A stretch of 64,000 nt of DNA, from the NCBI GenBank assembly GCA_963976765.1, contig CAXBME010000007.1, positions 186,001-250,000 of the forward strand. Reading direction: 5' to 3'. The DNA is from an uncultured Planctomycetaceae bacterium. GTDB lineage: Bacteria > Planctomycetota > Planctomycetia > Planctomycetales > Planctomycetaceae. Under the pieces are notes generated by a model. The model did no database searches and was not told the origin of the DNA. It was given only the letters and a program-made list of their open reading frames with translations. Both the position numbers and the translations under genes were made by a program. Below, in pieces: positions 39,791 to 49,940 of the stretch (its first letter is position 1; each line of letters opens with the position of its first letter).

Positions 39791-41089
39791 TCAGGCAAAG
39801 AGTTTTTCGACTGGCTCGCCGCCGTCGACGATTTTCATCGGGCGACCGAGCGGGCTCATGTTTTCTTTGCGCGGGTTGACGTCCAGGCATTTGCAGATCG
39901 AGCAGAACAGGTCGTTGGCTGTGACGGGATCGTCGGCGACAGCGGTTCCGTCGGCGGTTGAAGAGCCGATCACCTGCCCGCCCTTGATTCCGCAACCGGC
40001 CATCGCCGCGTTAAAGACTCGCGGGTAATGATCGCGGCCACCGCGAGGATTGATGCGGGGAGTACGACCGAATTCGCCCATCCAGACGACCAGCGTGTTC
40101 TCAAGCAGACCTCGATCTTTCAGGTCGGTAATCAGGCCAGCGGTTGCGGGATCGATCGCTGCGGTCAGGTTTCCGACTCGTTCATAGAGATTGTCGTGCG
40201 TGTCCCAGTTTCCGCCCTGGCCTCGTGACGAAACTTCGACAAACGTCGTGCCGGCTTCGACGAGTCGTCGAGCGAGCAAACAGCCTCGACCGAAGTTCGA
40301 GTCGCCGTACATTTCCTTCATGGATTCCGGTTCGTCTGAGATGTCGAAGGCTTTCAGGTCCGAACTGAGAACCATTTTCGACGTCTTGCTGTAAAGGTCG
40401 CGGTGATTCTTCACGACGAGGTCGCCGCCGCGGTCTGCAAATTCGTCTTCGAGTTTGTCGAGCAGGCCAAGTCGTCGACCGTAACGATTCGTCGGTACGC
40501 CGGTCGCTACGTTCTGCGGCATCTGGCTGGGATCCTGAACCATGAACGGTTCGTACTGGACACCCAGGAAGCCGGCCCCTTGAGTGGCTCCGACTGAGAC
40601 GACGGCAGGGAGGTCGAATTCCGGGTCAGAGATCTCCTTCGCGATCGACGCAGCAAGGCTCGGGTGTTTGACACTACCGGACGGGATGTAACCTGTGTGC
40701 ATCTGGTAGGTCGCTCGCGGGTGGCTGCCTTCCTTATTTGTCATTGAGCGGATGATGGCCAGTTCGTCCATGATGGCTGCTGTTTTCTCCCAGCCCTGGG
40801 CGACCTGAATTCCAGAAACGCTGGTCGAGATGGCTTTCGTCTCGCCTCCGTTGGCGTGGTTAGGTTTTGGATCGAACGTCTCGAATTGAGAAGGTCCTCC
40901 ACCCATCCAGAGCAGGATCATCGACTTGCCCTGTTTGCGAAGCTCGGCCGCCTGGAGCGACATCACGTCTCGCAGATTGAGCGTTCCGGCAGCCAGAGCT
41001 CCCGCCGAAACCGTGTGCAGAAAACCTCGGCGAGAGACGCCGTGCTTGCGAACTTTGACCTGCTCGTGACGCTGTGTGGTGAGGTTCAT
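39791..41089 (-). CDS. DUF1501 family protein (Tat leader SRRGFL)
   Basis: ILLWMGGGPSQFETFDPKP, CLLARRLVEAG, WDTH, GEFGRTP. Confidence 0.94.
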   Translation of the reverse strand: MNLTTQRHEQVKVRKHGVSRRGFLHTVSAGALAAGTLNLRDVMSLQAAELRKQGKSMILLWMGGGPSQFETFDPKPNHANGGETKAISTSVSGIQVAQGWEKTAAIMDELAIIRSMTNKEGSHPRATYQMHTGYIPSGSVKHPSLAASIAKEISDPEFDLPAVVSVGATQGAGFLGVQYEPFMVQDPSQMPQNVATGVPTNRYGRRLGLLDKLEDEFADRGGDLVVKNHRDLYSKTSKMVLSSDLKAFDISDEPESMKEMYGDSNFGRGCLLARRLVEAGTTFVEVSSRGQGGNWDTHDNLYERVGNLTAAIDPATAGLITDLKDRGLLENTLVVWMGEFGRTPRINPRGGRDHYPRVFNAAMAGCGIKGGQVIGSSTADGTAVADDPVTANDLFCSICKCLDVNPRKENMSPLGRPMKIVDGGEPVEKLFA

Positions 41090-41115
41090 ATTCAAGTTCC
41101 AGATTGGTTGGTCCA

Positions 41116-41176
41116 GTAGGGTGGGCGCTGCCCACCAGAGTTGTCACTTGGGATTGGTGAGCGGTGCCCACCCGAC
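41116..41176. repeat. GTAG-type REP doublet
   Basis: GTAGGGTGGGCGCTGCCCACCA...TGGTGAGCGGTGCCCACCCGAC. Confidence 0.75.
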
Positions 41177-41178
41177 GT

Positions 41179-43020
41179 TTAGCGTTTTGAAAGGAATTCG
41201 CTGGAATTCAGCAGGCTCCACATCAGGTCTTCGAAGGCTTCTTCGCGGTTGCCGACTTCGGCCAGGTAATCGGTGGCGATTTTTATTTCCCGGTCGGACG
41301 GTTCTCGGGAAAGGATCATCACGTACAACTCGTCGATGGCGTCTTCGTTGTCAGGGAAGCGACGGAGCAGGCCCGTCAGCTTTGTGAAGCCGCGAGCATT
41401 GATCTGGCTGGCCAGCAGCGGCGAGTTCATCATGAACAGGGCCTGGGGAATGTTGCCGGTGATGTCGGCTTGCGGCGTCGAAGGATCGAACCCGAACAGT
41501 TCGCCGAACTGGTCTCGTGGGCTGCGAGCACCTCGGTACATGCCCCCGCCGTTTCCCATCTGCAAACCTCGGCCGCGTCCGGCGGTACTTTCATTGCCCA
41601 GGACGGTGATGATCGAGCTGTAAAGCTGGTCGCCTCGGAGTCGCGTCGCGGTGGCCGATGCGAACGGGACGGCTTCTGCGCCCGGTTCGGTCGACCTGAT
41701 TTCGCGCTGGTAGGTTTGCGTCAGGACGATCGTTTTCATCAGCCAGCGAATGTCGTAGCTATTGGCGGTGAACTGAGCGGCCAGCAGGTCAAGCACCTCG
41801 GGAAACGATGCCGTCCGGTCGGGCCCCATGTCGTCGATTGGCGTGTAAAAGCCTTCGCCGGTCATTTCCGCCCACATCCGGTTGACGAAGGCACGGCTGA
41901 ACCATTCGTTGTTTGAGGACGTGAGGTACTCCGAAAACGCTTCACGTCGATCGATGTCTGTAAGACCGCTCTCTGGAGAGTAACCGGTCAGGAAGAATTT
42001 TGGTTCGATCTGCTGCCCACGTGATGATGGATCGTTGAGGTCGGCCATGAAGTGCTCGGTCGATCCGCGTCCGACCTGCATCGGCATCGGGAATTCAACG
42101 GCCTTCAGTTCGGCCAGCGAAAGTCCGCCGTCTTTGTTCTTGTCGCCGCGTTCGAGCAGGGCGTCAAACGCTCTAGCCAACTGTGTCCGAGCAATTTCGG
42201 CCTTCACAAGTTTTCCGTCGCGGTTGCGATCGGCGAAGCGAAAGATGCGATCGGCGTTTTCTTTCAACTCGCGAAAACGATCCTGCGGATTGACCGACTG
42301 ATTGACCGAGACGACTTCGTAACTTCGGATCTGGCTGTCTTCACGAACCGGTCGTACGGAAATTCGAGGGAAGAACGCGGCCAGTTCGTGGAACTCTTCT
42401 CGCTTCCAGCGGTCCCACGGGTGGTCGTGGCAGTTGGCACACTGCATCTGGATGCCCAGGAAAATTCTTGAGGCTTCGCCAGCAACATCTTCGGGTTCTC
42501 CTTCCTGAGCGAAGATCAGCGCTGTCTCGCCGTTTTCGCGGACATCGCCAGTGGCGGTGAGAATCTCCGTCGCGATTTCGTCCCAACCTTTGTTCCCGGC
42601 CAGGTTGTCCGTCATCCAGCTGACGAAGGACTGATTCGCAAAACCCGCTCGCATGTTTGTGGCTCGGAGGAAGATGACGTCCCGCCAGTACCGGGCCCAC
42701 GTGGCTGCATACTCGTCCGATTCGAGCAGTCGATCGATCGCCTGTTCGCGTTTTGAACGATCCGGATTGAGCCCGAACAGCGTGACGTCCCGTGACGATG
42801 GCAGCGTACCCGCCAGGTCGAGCGTGACGCGTCGAAGAAAATCCTCGTCGACCGAGATTCCTGCGGGCTCGACACCGTTGGCTTTAAGCTCAGCGTCGAC
42901 CAGCCGATCGACTTCGGCAGCGACTTCTGAGGGTGAGCCCTTGTCGGGCAGCTCAGTGGCCGTTGCCACCGAACTGAGACAAATTAGAAGAACCGACATG
43001 CTGCATGCAGAAAAACGCAT
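41179..43020 (-). CDS. DUF1549/DUF1553 protein with an inserted EF-hand pair
   Basis: DEDFLRRVTLDL, CANCHDHP, EF loops DRNRDGKLVKAE and DKNKDGGLSLAE, FVNRMW, WSLLNSSEF. Confidence 0.92.
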   Translation of the reverse strand: MRFSACSMSVLLICLSSVATATELPDKGSPSEVAAEVDRLVDAELKANGVEPAGISVDEDFLRRVTLDLAGTLPSSRDVTLFGLNPDRSKREQAIDRLLESDEYAATWARYWRDVIFLRATNMRAGFANQSFVSWMTDNLAGNKGWDEIATEILTATGDVRENGETALIFAQEGEPEDVAGEASRIFLGIQMQCANCHDHPWDRWKREEFHELAAFFPRISVRPVREDSQIRSYEVVSVNQSVNPQDRFRELKENADRIFRFADRNRDGKLVKAEIARTQLARAFDALLERGDKNKDGGLSLAELKAVEFPMPMQVGRGSTEHFMADLNDPSSRGQQIEPKFFLTGYSPESGLTDIDRREAFSEYLTSSNNEWFSRAFVNRMWAEMTGEGFYTPIDDMGPDRTASFPEVLDLLAAQFTANSYDIRWLMKTIVLTQTYQREIRSTEPGAEAVPFASATATRLRGDQLYSSIITVLGNESTAGRGRGLQMGNGGGMYRGARSPRDQFGELFGFDPSTPQADITGNIPQALFMMNSPLLASQINARGFTKLTGLLRRFPDNEDAIDELYVMILSREPSDREIKIATDYLAEVGNREEAFEDLMWSLLNSSEFLSKR

Positions 43021-43325
43021 TTCCGTCCCTTTGCGATGATCGCGAATGTTTCGTTCGATATTCCGTCGGACGACAGGCTCGTGAAGACGATCTAGCGACC
43101 GGAAGGCATCAAGTCGAAGAGCGTTTCCGAAACCGGGTGAATTGCCGAATCGAGTTCTGGTTCGATCGCACCGCCGCTCGACAGGACAGGAGATTTAACC
43201 AGGCAAGCGGTCGGTGGTTTCGGAGAAACCTGGAAACAGTCAGAAAACTGTTCAGGCTGGGCACAACGGCCCAGTCGTTGCGAAATTGGTGTGCCTTTGA
43301 CATCTCGATCAGGGGAGAATTTTAA

Positions 43326-43558
43326 GACCACGGGGGACACGGAAAAGTACGGAATGCGTCATTACGCTTCTATTTTTTTGTGAGTTCCGTGGTCAACCAG
43401 CACGGTTGTGAAAGGGCGCCTCTGGCAGGGACGCGGTGCGAGGGGCATTCGCAGAAGAGTCCGCACAAGGTGTAATGAGCCGCGGATTTTCATCAATGAA
43501 CGCAGATTGGGAGGATGTGTTGCGAAGTCATCGGTTTCTGCCCGTGTAATCGGTGGCT
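43326..43558. repeat. Two intergenic imperfect palindromes
   Basis: GACCACGG...CCGTGGTC (43326-43394) and AGCCGC...GTGGCT (43478-43558). Confidence 0.55.
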
Positions 43559-43769
43559 GATTTTTATTTCATTTCGAACTTGTTGAAATGTTCGATTGTG
43601 TTTGTTGTGGCGTGTTTGTGGCGATTTCTCTCGGAGTTTTCGGCTGCCAGGTTGTCGATTTCGAGTTCGGAATTGAATGAGTGCGTCGGTTTGGTTCAAA
43701 TGGTCCGCTTCCAGCCGAGGCTCTGAGAGCATCGGCGTCCGTTTTTCAATTCTCCGGGGTTTCTTCCCG

Positions 43770-44474
43770 ATGAGCCGTTCGGCAATCCTTGATCGAATTC
43801 GCAGTCGCGTTCCGGTGATCGCTCCGTCGATGCTGAAGTGCGACTTCGGCAACATGCATCGAGAGATCGAGCTGTTGAACGCGGCCAATTCCGCCGTTCT
43901 CCACTGGGACGTGATGGACGGACACTTTGTCCCGAATCTGTCGTATGGGCCGATGGTGATTGAGAAAATGCGCCCGTTGACCGACGCCGTTTTTGATGCA
44001 CATCTGATGATTTCTGAGCCGGATCGGTACCTCGACGAGTATCTCAAAGCGGGCTGCGAGGCCATCACCTTCCATTACGAAGCCGTGCCTGATGCCGGAC
44101 CGTTGCTGAAGCGAATTCGCGAAGCGGATGTTGTGGCCGGGCTGGCGTTGAATCCGGCAACTCCGGTAGAGAAAATCGAACCGTTTCTGTCGGACTGCGA
44201 CCTGGTGCTCGTCATGAGCGTCGAGCCGGGTTTTGGCGGGCAGAAGTTTATTCCCGACGCATTGAACAAACTGCGTCGGCTTCGGGAGCGGTGCTCGCCG
44301 GAGACGATTCTTTCCGTGGATGGTGGCGTCGGCCCTTCGACGATCGCCGATTGTTCTGAAGCGGGAGCGGATCTGTTTGTTGTCGGCAGTGCCGTGTTCG
44401 ACGAATCGGACTACAGTGCTGTCATGCCCGAGCTGTCGTCGTTGGCAAATCGCCAGAACAGCTCATCCCAGTAG
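43770..44474 (+). CDS. rpe: Ribulose-phosphate 3-epimerase
   Basis: [43 protein letters not shown]. Confidence 0.97.
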   Translation: MSRSAILDRIRSRVPVIAPSMLKCDFGNMHREIELLNAANSAVLHWDVMDGHFVPNLSYGPMVIEKMRPLTDAVFDAHLMISEPDRYLDEYLKAGCEAITFHYEAVPDAGPLLKRIREADVVAGLALNPATPVEKIEPFLSDCDLVLVMSVEPGFGGQKFIPDALNKLRRLRERCSPETILSVDGGVGPSTIADCSEAGADLFVVGSAVFDESDYSAVMPELSSLANRQNSSSQ

Positions 44475-44486
44475 CGAGAAGAATCA

Positions 44487-45113
44487 ATGTCCACAGTCGT
44501 TCTGGTTCGGCCAGGGTGTACTGACTTCGACGAACAAAAACGCATTCAGGGTTGTCTCGAGCTGCCTCTTAATGACCGAGGTCAGGAACAGCTCGTGAAA
44601 GTCATCGACGCGATCCGGGATCAACCGGTCGAGGCCGTCGTGACGGGCCCATGCGATCCGTGCCGCTCAACGGCTGAGGCTGTTGCGCACGCACTCGACG
44701 TCCCCATTAAAGAGAAGAGGGAACTGTGCAATCTCGACCAGGGATTGTGGCAGGGCCTGTGTGTGGATGAGATCCTCAAGAAGTTCCCGAGGGTGTTCAG
44801 ACAGTGGAAGGAGTCGCCGGAAACTGTTTGTCCGCCGGAAGGTGAAACGGTTTCCGTTGCCATCGAACGCATGATTTTCGCTTTGAAGAAGCCGCTCAGG
44901 AAGTATGGCTGCTTCGTCGTGGTGGCTTCCGAGCCTCTGGCCAGTCTCGTAAGCTGTACCCTGCGAGGCGAAACGCCGGAAGACATCGGCGATTCAATGT
45001 TTGGTTGTTGCAACGACCAGCTCGTTGAAGTCATTCAAACCAGCGGAACAGCTAACGAACGAACTGGTTCCAGCGAGCGAATTCCCATCGCTGCTGCAGT
45101 CAGTGATGAATAA
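44487..45113 (+). CDS. Histidine-phosphatase-fold protein lacking the catalytic His
   Basis: LVRPG in place of RHG, PLN..G..Q, DQGLWQG, PPEGET; second His position reads VVASEP. Confidence 0.85.
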   Translation: MSTVVLVRPGCTDFDEQKRIQGCLELPLNDRGQEQLVKVIDAIRDQPVEAVVTGPCDPCRSTAEAVAHALDVPIKEKRELCNLDQGLWQGLCVDEILKKFPRVFRQWKESPETVCPPEGETVSVAIERMIFALKKPLRKYGCFVVVASEPLASLVSCTLRGETPEDIGDSMFGCCNDQLVEVIQTSGTANERTGSSERIPIAAAVSDE

Positions 45114-45125
45114 GGGCAGCTCAGA

Positions 45126-45977
45126 ATGAGTCAGGCCAAACCGGAAGTAGAATCCTGGCAGGACCAGTCAAAGCGGCAGAAACGCGGCGTCCCTGAAGGG
45201 CTGTGGCAGCAATGCCCCGGCTGCAGTGCGACGGTGTATCGACGTTCGGTCGAAGAAAACCAGTACATCTGCCCGCAGTGTGGTCACCATTTCATCGTGC
45301 CGGGACAGGTCCGGATCAAACAACTGCTCGACTCAGACAGTTTTGAGGAGTGGTATACCGAACTTCGCCCCTGTGACCCGCTGGGCTTTGTTGACAAGAA
45401 ACCGTACGCCGAGCGTCTGATTGCCGAGCAGAAACGCACCGGCCTGACCGAAGCCTGTATCGCCGGAAAAGGATACATGCGAGGGCGTCCGCTGGTCTTT
45501 GCTCTGACCGATTCCAACTTCATCATGGGAAGTATGGGATCTGTCGTCGGCGAGAAGTTGACGCGAGCAATTGAAGCGGCCACTGAGATGCATCTCCCGT
45601 TGATTATTCTCAGTGGTTCTGGCGGCGGAGCACGTATGCACGAAGGCATCATTTCGTTGATGCAGATGGGCAAAACGTCGGCCGCACTCGCGAAGTTTCG
45701 TGAGTCCGGCGGGTTGTACATCTCGGTTTTGACTCATCCGACGATGGGCGGAGTCGCCGCCAGTTTCGCCGCTCTGGGGGATATTATTCTCGCCGAACCG
45801 AAAGCACTCATTGGGTTCGCCGGTCCGCGAGTTGTGCAGGCAACGGTTAACGAAAAGTTGCCGCCCAACTTTCAGACCAGCGAGTTTCTGGAAAATGCTG
45901 GCTTTGTCGATCGGATCGTGCATCGGCATCACCTGCGAAGCGAGATTGCCCGCATCATCGATTACTGTGGCATGTGA
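45126..45977 (+). CDS. accD: Acetyl-CoA carboxylase carboxyltransferase beta subunit
   Basis: PEGLW.QCPGC...[44 protein letters not shown]. Confidence 0.97.
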   Translation: MSQAKPEVESWQDQSKRQKRGVPEGLWQQCPGCSATVYRRSVEENQYICPQCGHHFIVPGQVRIKQLLDSDSFEEWYTELRPCDPLGFVDKKPYAERLIAEQKRTGLTEACIAGKGYMRGRPLVFALTDSNFIMGSMGSVVGEKLTRAIEAATEMHLPLIILSGSGGGARMHEGIISLMQMGKTSAALAKFRESGGLYISVLTHPTMGGVAASFAALGDIILAEPKALIGFAGPRVVQATVNEKLPPNFQTSEFLENAGFVDRIVHRHHLRSEIARIIDYCGM

Positions 45978-46003
45978 ATTTGCGGACATTGAGGCCACGT
46001 TCG

Positions 46004-46921
46004 ATGAAGTTTCTCAAAAAGTTTTTCGAGAAGAAGCCGAAGGTCGTCCGCACGGATGTGACCAAACGGTTCGATCTCGTCGGGCGAGTCGGCCAGGGTA
46101 GCATGTCCAAAGTCTGGCGAGCCAATGACACGGTTTCCGGTCGACAGGTCGCTGTTAAAGTTCTCGACAAGTACAAGACCGCCCGGTTCGAAGCCCGCTT
46201 CTACGGCCTCAACAAACCGACTGAAGGTGAGATCGCCGTTCAGCTCAAGAACAAACATGTCGTCAACACGTTTGAGTACGGGACGACGATCGACGACGAA
46301 CAGTTTCTCGTTATGGAGTTTGTTGAGGGGGTCAGTCTCAGCTTTCTGGTCGACATGCAGAACGAGGTGATGCAGAAGAATCGTCTCAGTTTCATTCTGC
46401 AGCTTGGCGAGGGGATCAAATATTTTCACGAAGCAGGCTGGATCCACCGCGACATCTGCCCTCGAAACGTTGTTGTCGATCCCGGCAACGTCGTCAAGCT
46501 GATCGACTTTGGCCTGGTCGTTCCCAACACGCCGCCATTTCAAAAACCTGGCAACCGAACCGGAACGGCTTCTTACATGGCTCCGGAGCTGATCAAGCGG
46601 CAGAAGACCGATCAGCGGATCGACATTTTTTCATACGCCGTGACCTGCTTCGAGATGTTTACCAGGACGCTTCCCTGGGACACTGGCGAAACGCTGGAAG
46701 CTGTTCTGCACGCGATCAACCAGCCGCCGAAAGACATCCGCACTCTAGCGCCAGGAATCGACGAGCAAATTGCAGCCACGATCATGAAGGGGCTTGAAAA
46801 ACATCCAGACGATCGGTGGCAGACTGTCGAAGAGATGATGCTCCCGATTCGGGAAGCCCGTCAGCGGTTGAAGCAGAAAGCCGCGCTGAAACGCCGCAAA
46901 CAGAAACCGGACGCTTCGTGA
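46004..46921 (+). CDS. Soluble Hanks-type protein kinase
   Basis: GQGSMSKV, VAVK, HRDICPRN, IDFG, GTASYMAPE, DIFS. Confidence 0.93.
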   Translation: MKFLKKFFEKKPKVVRTDVTKRFDLVGRVGQGSMSKVWRANDTVSGRQVAVKVLDKYKTARFEARFYGLNKPTEGEIAVQLKNKHVVNTFEYGTTIDDEQFLVMEFVEGVSLSFLVDMQNEVMQKNRLSFILQLGEGIKYFHEAGWIHRDICPRNVVVDPGNVVKLIDFGLVVPNTPPFQKPGNRTGTASYMAPELIKRQKTDQRIDIFSYAVTCFEMFTRTLPWDTGETLEAVLHAINQPPKDIRTLAPGIDEQIAATIMKGLEKHPDDRWQTVEEMMLPIREARQRLKQKAALKRRKQKPDAS

Positions 46922-46946
46922 CGCGAATGCGGCCATACCAGCTCAA

Positions 46947-47043
46947 GTGTGCCACTGGCATCGCCAGTGCTGGCGTTTGACAAAGTTGTCCGTTTCGAAG
47001 TTCCGCATCACTACATGAATCACTGGCAAAGCCAGTGGCACAC
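46947..47043. repeat. REP doublet
   Basis: GTGTGCCACTGGCATCGCCAGTG...CACTGGCAAAGCCAGTGGCACAC. Confidence 0.75.
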
Positions 47044-47079
47044 GAATCTCTGTCATTCGATCGTTGCAGGCAGCTTCTA

Positions 47080-47718
47080 ATGATTCGACTTCAATCACTT
47101 AACCGTCCAGTTCGTCTAGCCGTGCTGATCTCCGGTGGCGGAACGACTCTGATGAATCTGCTCGAAAAGAATCGAGCGGGGCAACTGAATGCCGAGTTTC
47201 CGATTGTCATCGCCAGCAAAGAGGATTGCCGCGGAGTCGAACGTGCCCGCGCCGCTGGGCTGAAATGCGAACCCGTAGTGCGCTCGCAGTTTGATTCAGT
47301 CGACGCATTCAGTGATCGGATCTTTGATCTTTGCCGCGAAGCCGAAGTCGATCTGGTCATTCTTGGAGGCTTCCTCAGCCTCGTTCAGATTCCGAGCGAT
47401 TTCCAGCACAAGGTAATCAACATCCACCCGTCTTTGATTCCGGCGTTTTGTGGAAGAGGATTCCACGGCCACCACGTTCACGAAGCCGTGCTCGAACGCG
47501 GAGCCAAAGTCAGCGGCTGCACCGTCCACTTCGCCAACAACCAGTATGACGCCGGGCCAATCATTCTGCAGAAGGTCGTCCCGGTCATGGACGACGACAC
47601 TCCGGACACGCTTCAGAAGCGAGTCTTCGAAGCGGAATGCGATGCTTTTCCGGAGGCGATTCGATTATTCGCCGCCGGTCGTTTGACTGTCGATGGCTCG
47701 CGAGTCGTGTCGTCGTAG
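47080..47718 (+). CDS. purN: Phosphoribosylglycinamide formyltransferase
   Basis: VLISGGGT, NIHPSLIPAF, SGCTVHF, YDAGPII.Q. Confidence 0.96.
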   Translation: MIRLQSLNRPVRLAVLISGGGTTLMNLLEKNRAGQLNAEFPIVIASKEDCRGVERARAAGLKCEPVVRSQFDSVDAFSDRIFDLCREAEVDLVILGGFLSLVQIPSDFQHKVINIHPSLIPAFCGRGFHGHHVHEAVLERGAKVSGCTVHFANNQYDAGPIILQKVVPVMDDDTPDTLQKRVFEAECDAFPEAIRLFAAGRLTVDGSRVVSS

Positions 47719-47788
47719 TTCTCACAGTTCGTCGTTTAACGGTCGGTGGTACGGTTTTTAAGAACTGGCAACGCATCTCGTGTCGTCA

Positions 47789-48250
47789 TCAAACCGTGGC
47801 CGGAGTTTCCGTCAACTCAGCCAGGTCAGATTCTGAAGGGCTTGTTTCCGGTGGAAAAAGACGGTCGGCGAGGTTTCTGAATTCGGCAGCGTCGTCGCGG
47901 TCTGAAGCGGCCAGCTTGCTGAGCAGGCTGGAGTCGACAAACAGGAGGGCTGGTGAGAGCAGATTCAGAATTGCCGCACCCGCCAGCAGTTGCTTTTTCT
48001 CGTCAACTGACAAGTCCTGAGCCTGGCAAATTTCTTCAAAGACGTCTCTAGTTTTCGCAGGGCCGTTCTGCTGTTTTTTACGCTCGTTACGACGTACCGA
48101 TTCAGCGATGCTCGATGCTGCCCAGGCAGTCCCCAGGACGACGAGCAATCCCAGAATCCAGGCTACGGTCCGTGCTGACGACGATTGCAGAAATGCCGTC
48201 TCGGCAGCGAATGGCAAATTTGAAAAATGCAGCATCATGATGTTTGTCAT
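47789..48250 (-). CDS. Small single-pass membrane hypothetical protein
   Basis: TM segment WILGLLVVLGTAWAA; FEEIC...L...EK..L, PALLFVD. Confidence 0.7.
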   Translation of the reverse strand: MTNIMMLHFSNLPFAAETAFLQSSSARTVAWILGLLVVLGTAWAASSIAESVRRNERKKQQNGPAKTRDVFEEICQAQDLSVDEKKQLLAGAAILNLLSPALLFVDSSLLSKLAASDRDDAAEFRNLADRLFPPETSPSESDLAELTETPATV

Positions 48251-48347
48251 CGTCGTTCGCGCTTCGTGGTTCGATCAATCATTTAATCATTCGATTCAAG
48301 ACGGTCCGCGGCAAGCTCGTTACCAGTTCATTCACAACCGACTTCAA

Positions 48348-49940
48348 TTACACAGTTGAGCTGGCAATCACCTCGTCTACAGCGCTGCGAACCTGTCGGT
48401 TCGGATCGTCGGTCAGGTGACGGATGGCTTTGGCCACTTCCGGAGTCAGATGACGTCGCAATGCCTGAATGGCAGCGCACCGGACACTTGCTTCGGGATC
48501 GTTCAGTTGCCCGAGCAAGGCGGGGCTGACTTTGTCGACAAATCCGATTGCTTCTGCGGCTTCAATGGCTCGGATGCGTCTCCGCCGAAACGGATGCTCG
48601 ATTTCTCGAGTCAGTTCTTGAGGAGCGCCCGGGTTGATCTTGAGCAGAGTCTGTCCGCATAGCAGTGCCTGTGCTGGTGAAAGTTCACTGAAGACCTTCA
48701 TCAGGTAGTTCAGATCAAAGCTGAACAGTTCGTCGCGAGCGGCGTCCCGCACCACATCACTATTACGATCCAGACGCTTGAGCAACTCCTCAAATGTATC
48801 GGGAAGTTTCTGAGCCCTCAGTTGATGAGTTGCCCAGGCCTCGACTTTCGCATCCGGATTCTTCAACGCGTCGTACAGAATCTGACCTGCTTCTTCCTGC
48901 GGGAGGATCTTCAATACGTCGCTCGCGGCTTCCCGGCCAGCAGCTCCAGATTGCCGAATGATCCATGTCTTCAGTTTGGTTCTTGTGTCATCGTCGAGCG
49001 GAGCGTGATTAACCATTCCGACCAGACGGTCATGAACCGACTTCGGAAGTCGTTCCACAAGCGCCATTGGATCCTGTAACCAGACGATGTCGTGCAGTCT
49101 GGACAGGTTGAATGCCAGATGTCCGGAAGGTTGCCTGGGCAGCTGCATGAGCAGATGCACGACAAAATCAAAGTCATTGCGAGTCTGGATGATTTCAAGC
49201 GTGCAGGCTGGCGGAGCATGAAAGGCCAGAAAATCGCTCAACAGATTCAGCAGTGCTGGATGCGTGTCTTCCGTCAGCATTTTGGTAGCCGTGTCTCGAC
49301 ACGCATCGCCGCATTTGGTCAGTACGTTTCGGACAGCCTCGTCCTCTGGACCTCCAATGATGAGTATCAGACGAACAATCATTTCGGCGCTGGAGAGTGT
49401 ATCAAAGCGTTTCGTTCGAGAGTTCAGCTCGGACAGCATGGTCGACCGGTGTCTTCGCAGAGCGGTTCTGTCCAGGCCAGGGAAGATCGACTGATCGTTT
49501 GACCTGAGACGGTGACTCAGATGCGTCGCCAGATTCTCTACCGCCGTAGAAACTGTGTCGCGGACGGGGCTGTCGGCAGACTCCAGTTTATCGAGCAGTG
49601 TTGCAAACAGATCGAAGTTTCCAGTTCGGCCGATAAACCTAATGGCCGCATCGAAAGTTTCGTCGTCCGATTCGGAAATCGCCTGTTTGAGAGCGACCTG
49701 GAATTTCTCGGGTGACCGGCTGAATTGTTTGCAGGCTTCGTCGTCAAGTGAATCGATTCGCCGAATAATCTCAAGAATGCTTTGCTGGCCGCGCCGCTGG
49801 ACAACCGTCGCGGCGGCCAGTTTTCTTGCCTGATCATCGTCGCACTCCAGCGCCTGCAGCAAAACGCTGGCAGCCTCGTCAGACTGATGTCTGGCAAGAA
49901 TGTCGAAGGCCACAGATCGTGGATTGGCGGTAGTGTTCAC
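48348..49940 (-). CDS. HEAT-repeat protein
   Basis: Helical repeats such as LNDPEASVRCAAIQAL, DDPNRQVR, VVRDAARDEL. Confidence 0.85.
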   Translation of the reverse strand: MNTTANPRSVAFDILARHQSDEAASVLLQALECDDDQARKLAAATVVQRRGQQSILEIIRRIDSLDDEACKQFSRSPEKFQVALKQAISESDDETFDAAIRFIGRTGNFDLFATLLDKLESADSPVRDTVSTAVENLATHLSHRLRSNDQSIFPGLDRTALRRHRSTMLSELNSRTKRFDTLSSAEMIVRLILIIGGPEDEAVRNVLTKCGDACRDTATKMLTEDTHPALLNLLSDFLAFHAPPACTLEIIQTRNDFDFVVHLLMQLPRQPSGHLAFNLSRLHDIVWLQDPMALVERLPKSVHDRLVGMVNHAPLDDDTRTKLKTWIIRQSGAAGREAASDVLKILPQEEAGQILYDALKNPDAKVEAWATHQLRAQKLPDTFEELLKRLDRNSDVVRDAARDELFSFDLNYLMKVFSELSPAQALLCGQTLLKINPGAPQELTREIEHPFRRRRIRAIEAAEAIGFVDKVSPALLGQLNDPEASVRCAAIQALRRHLTPEVAKAIRHLTDDPNRQVRSAVDEVIASSTV

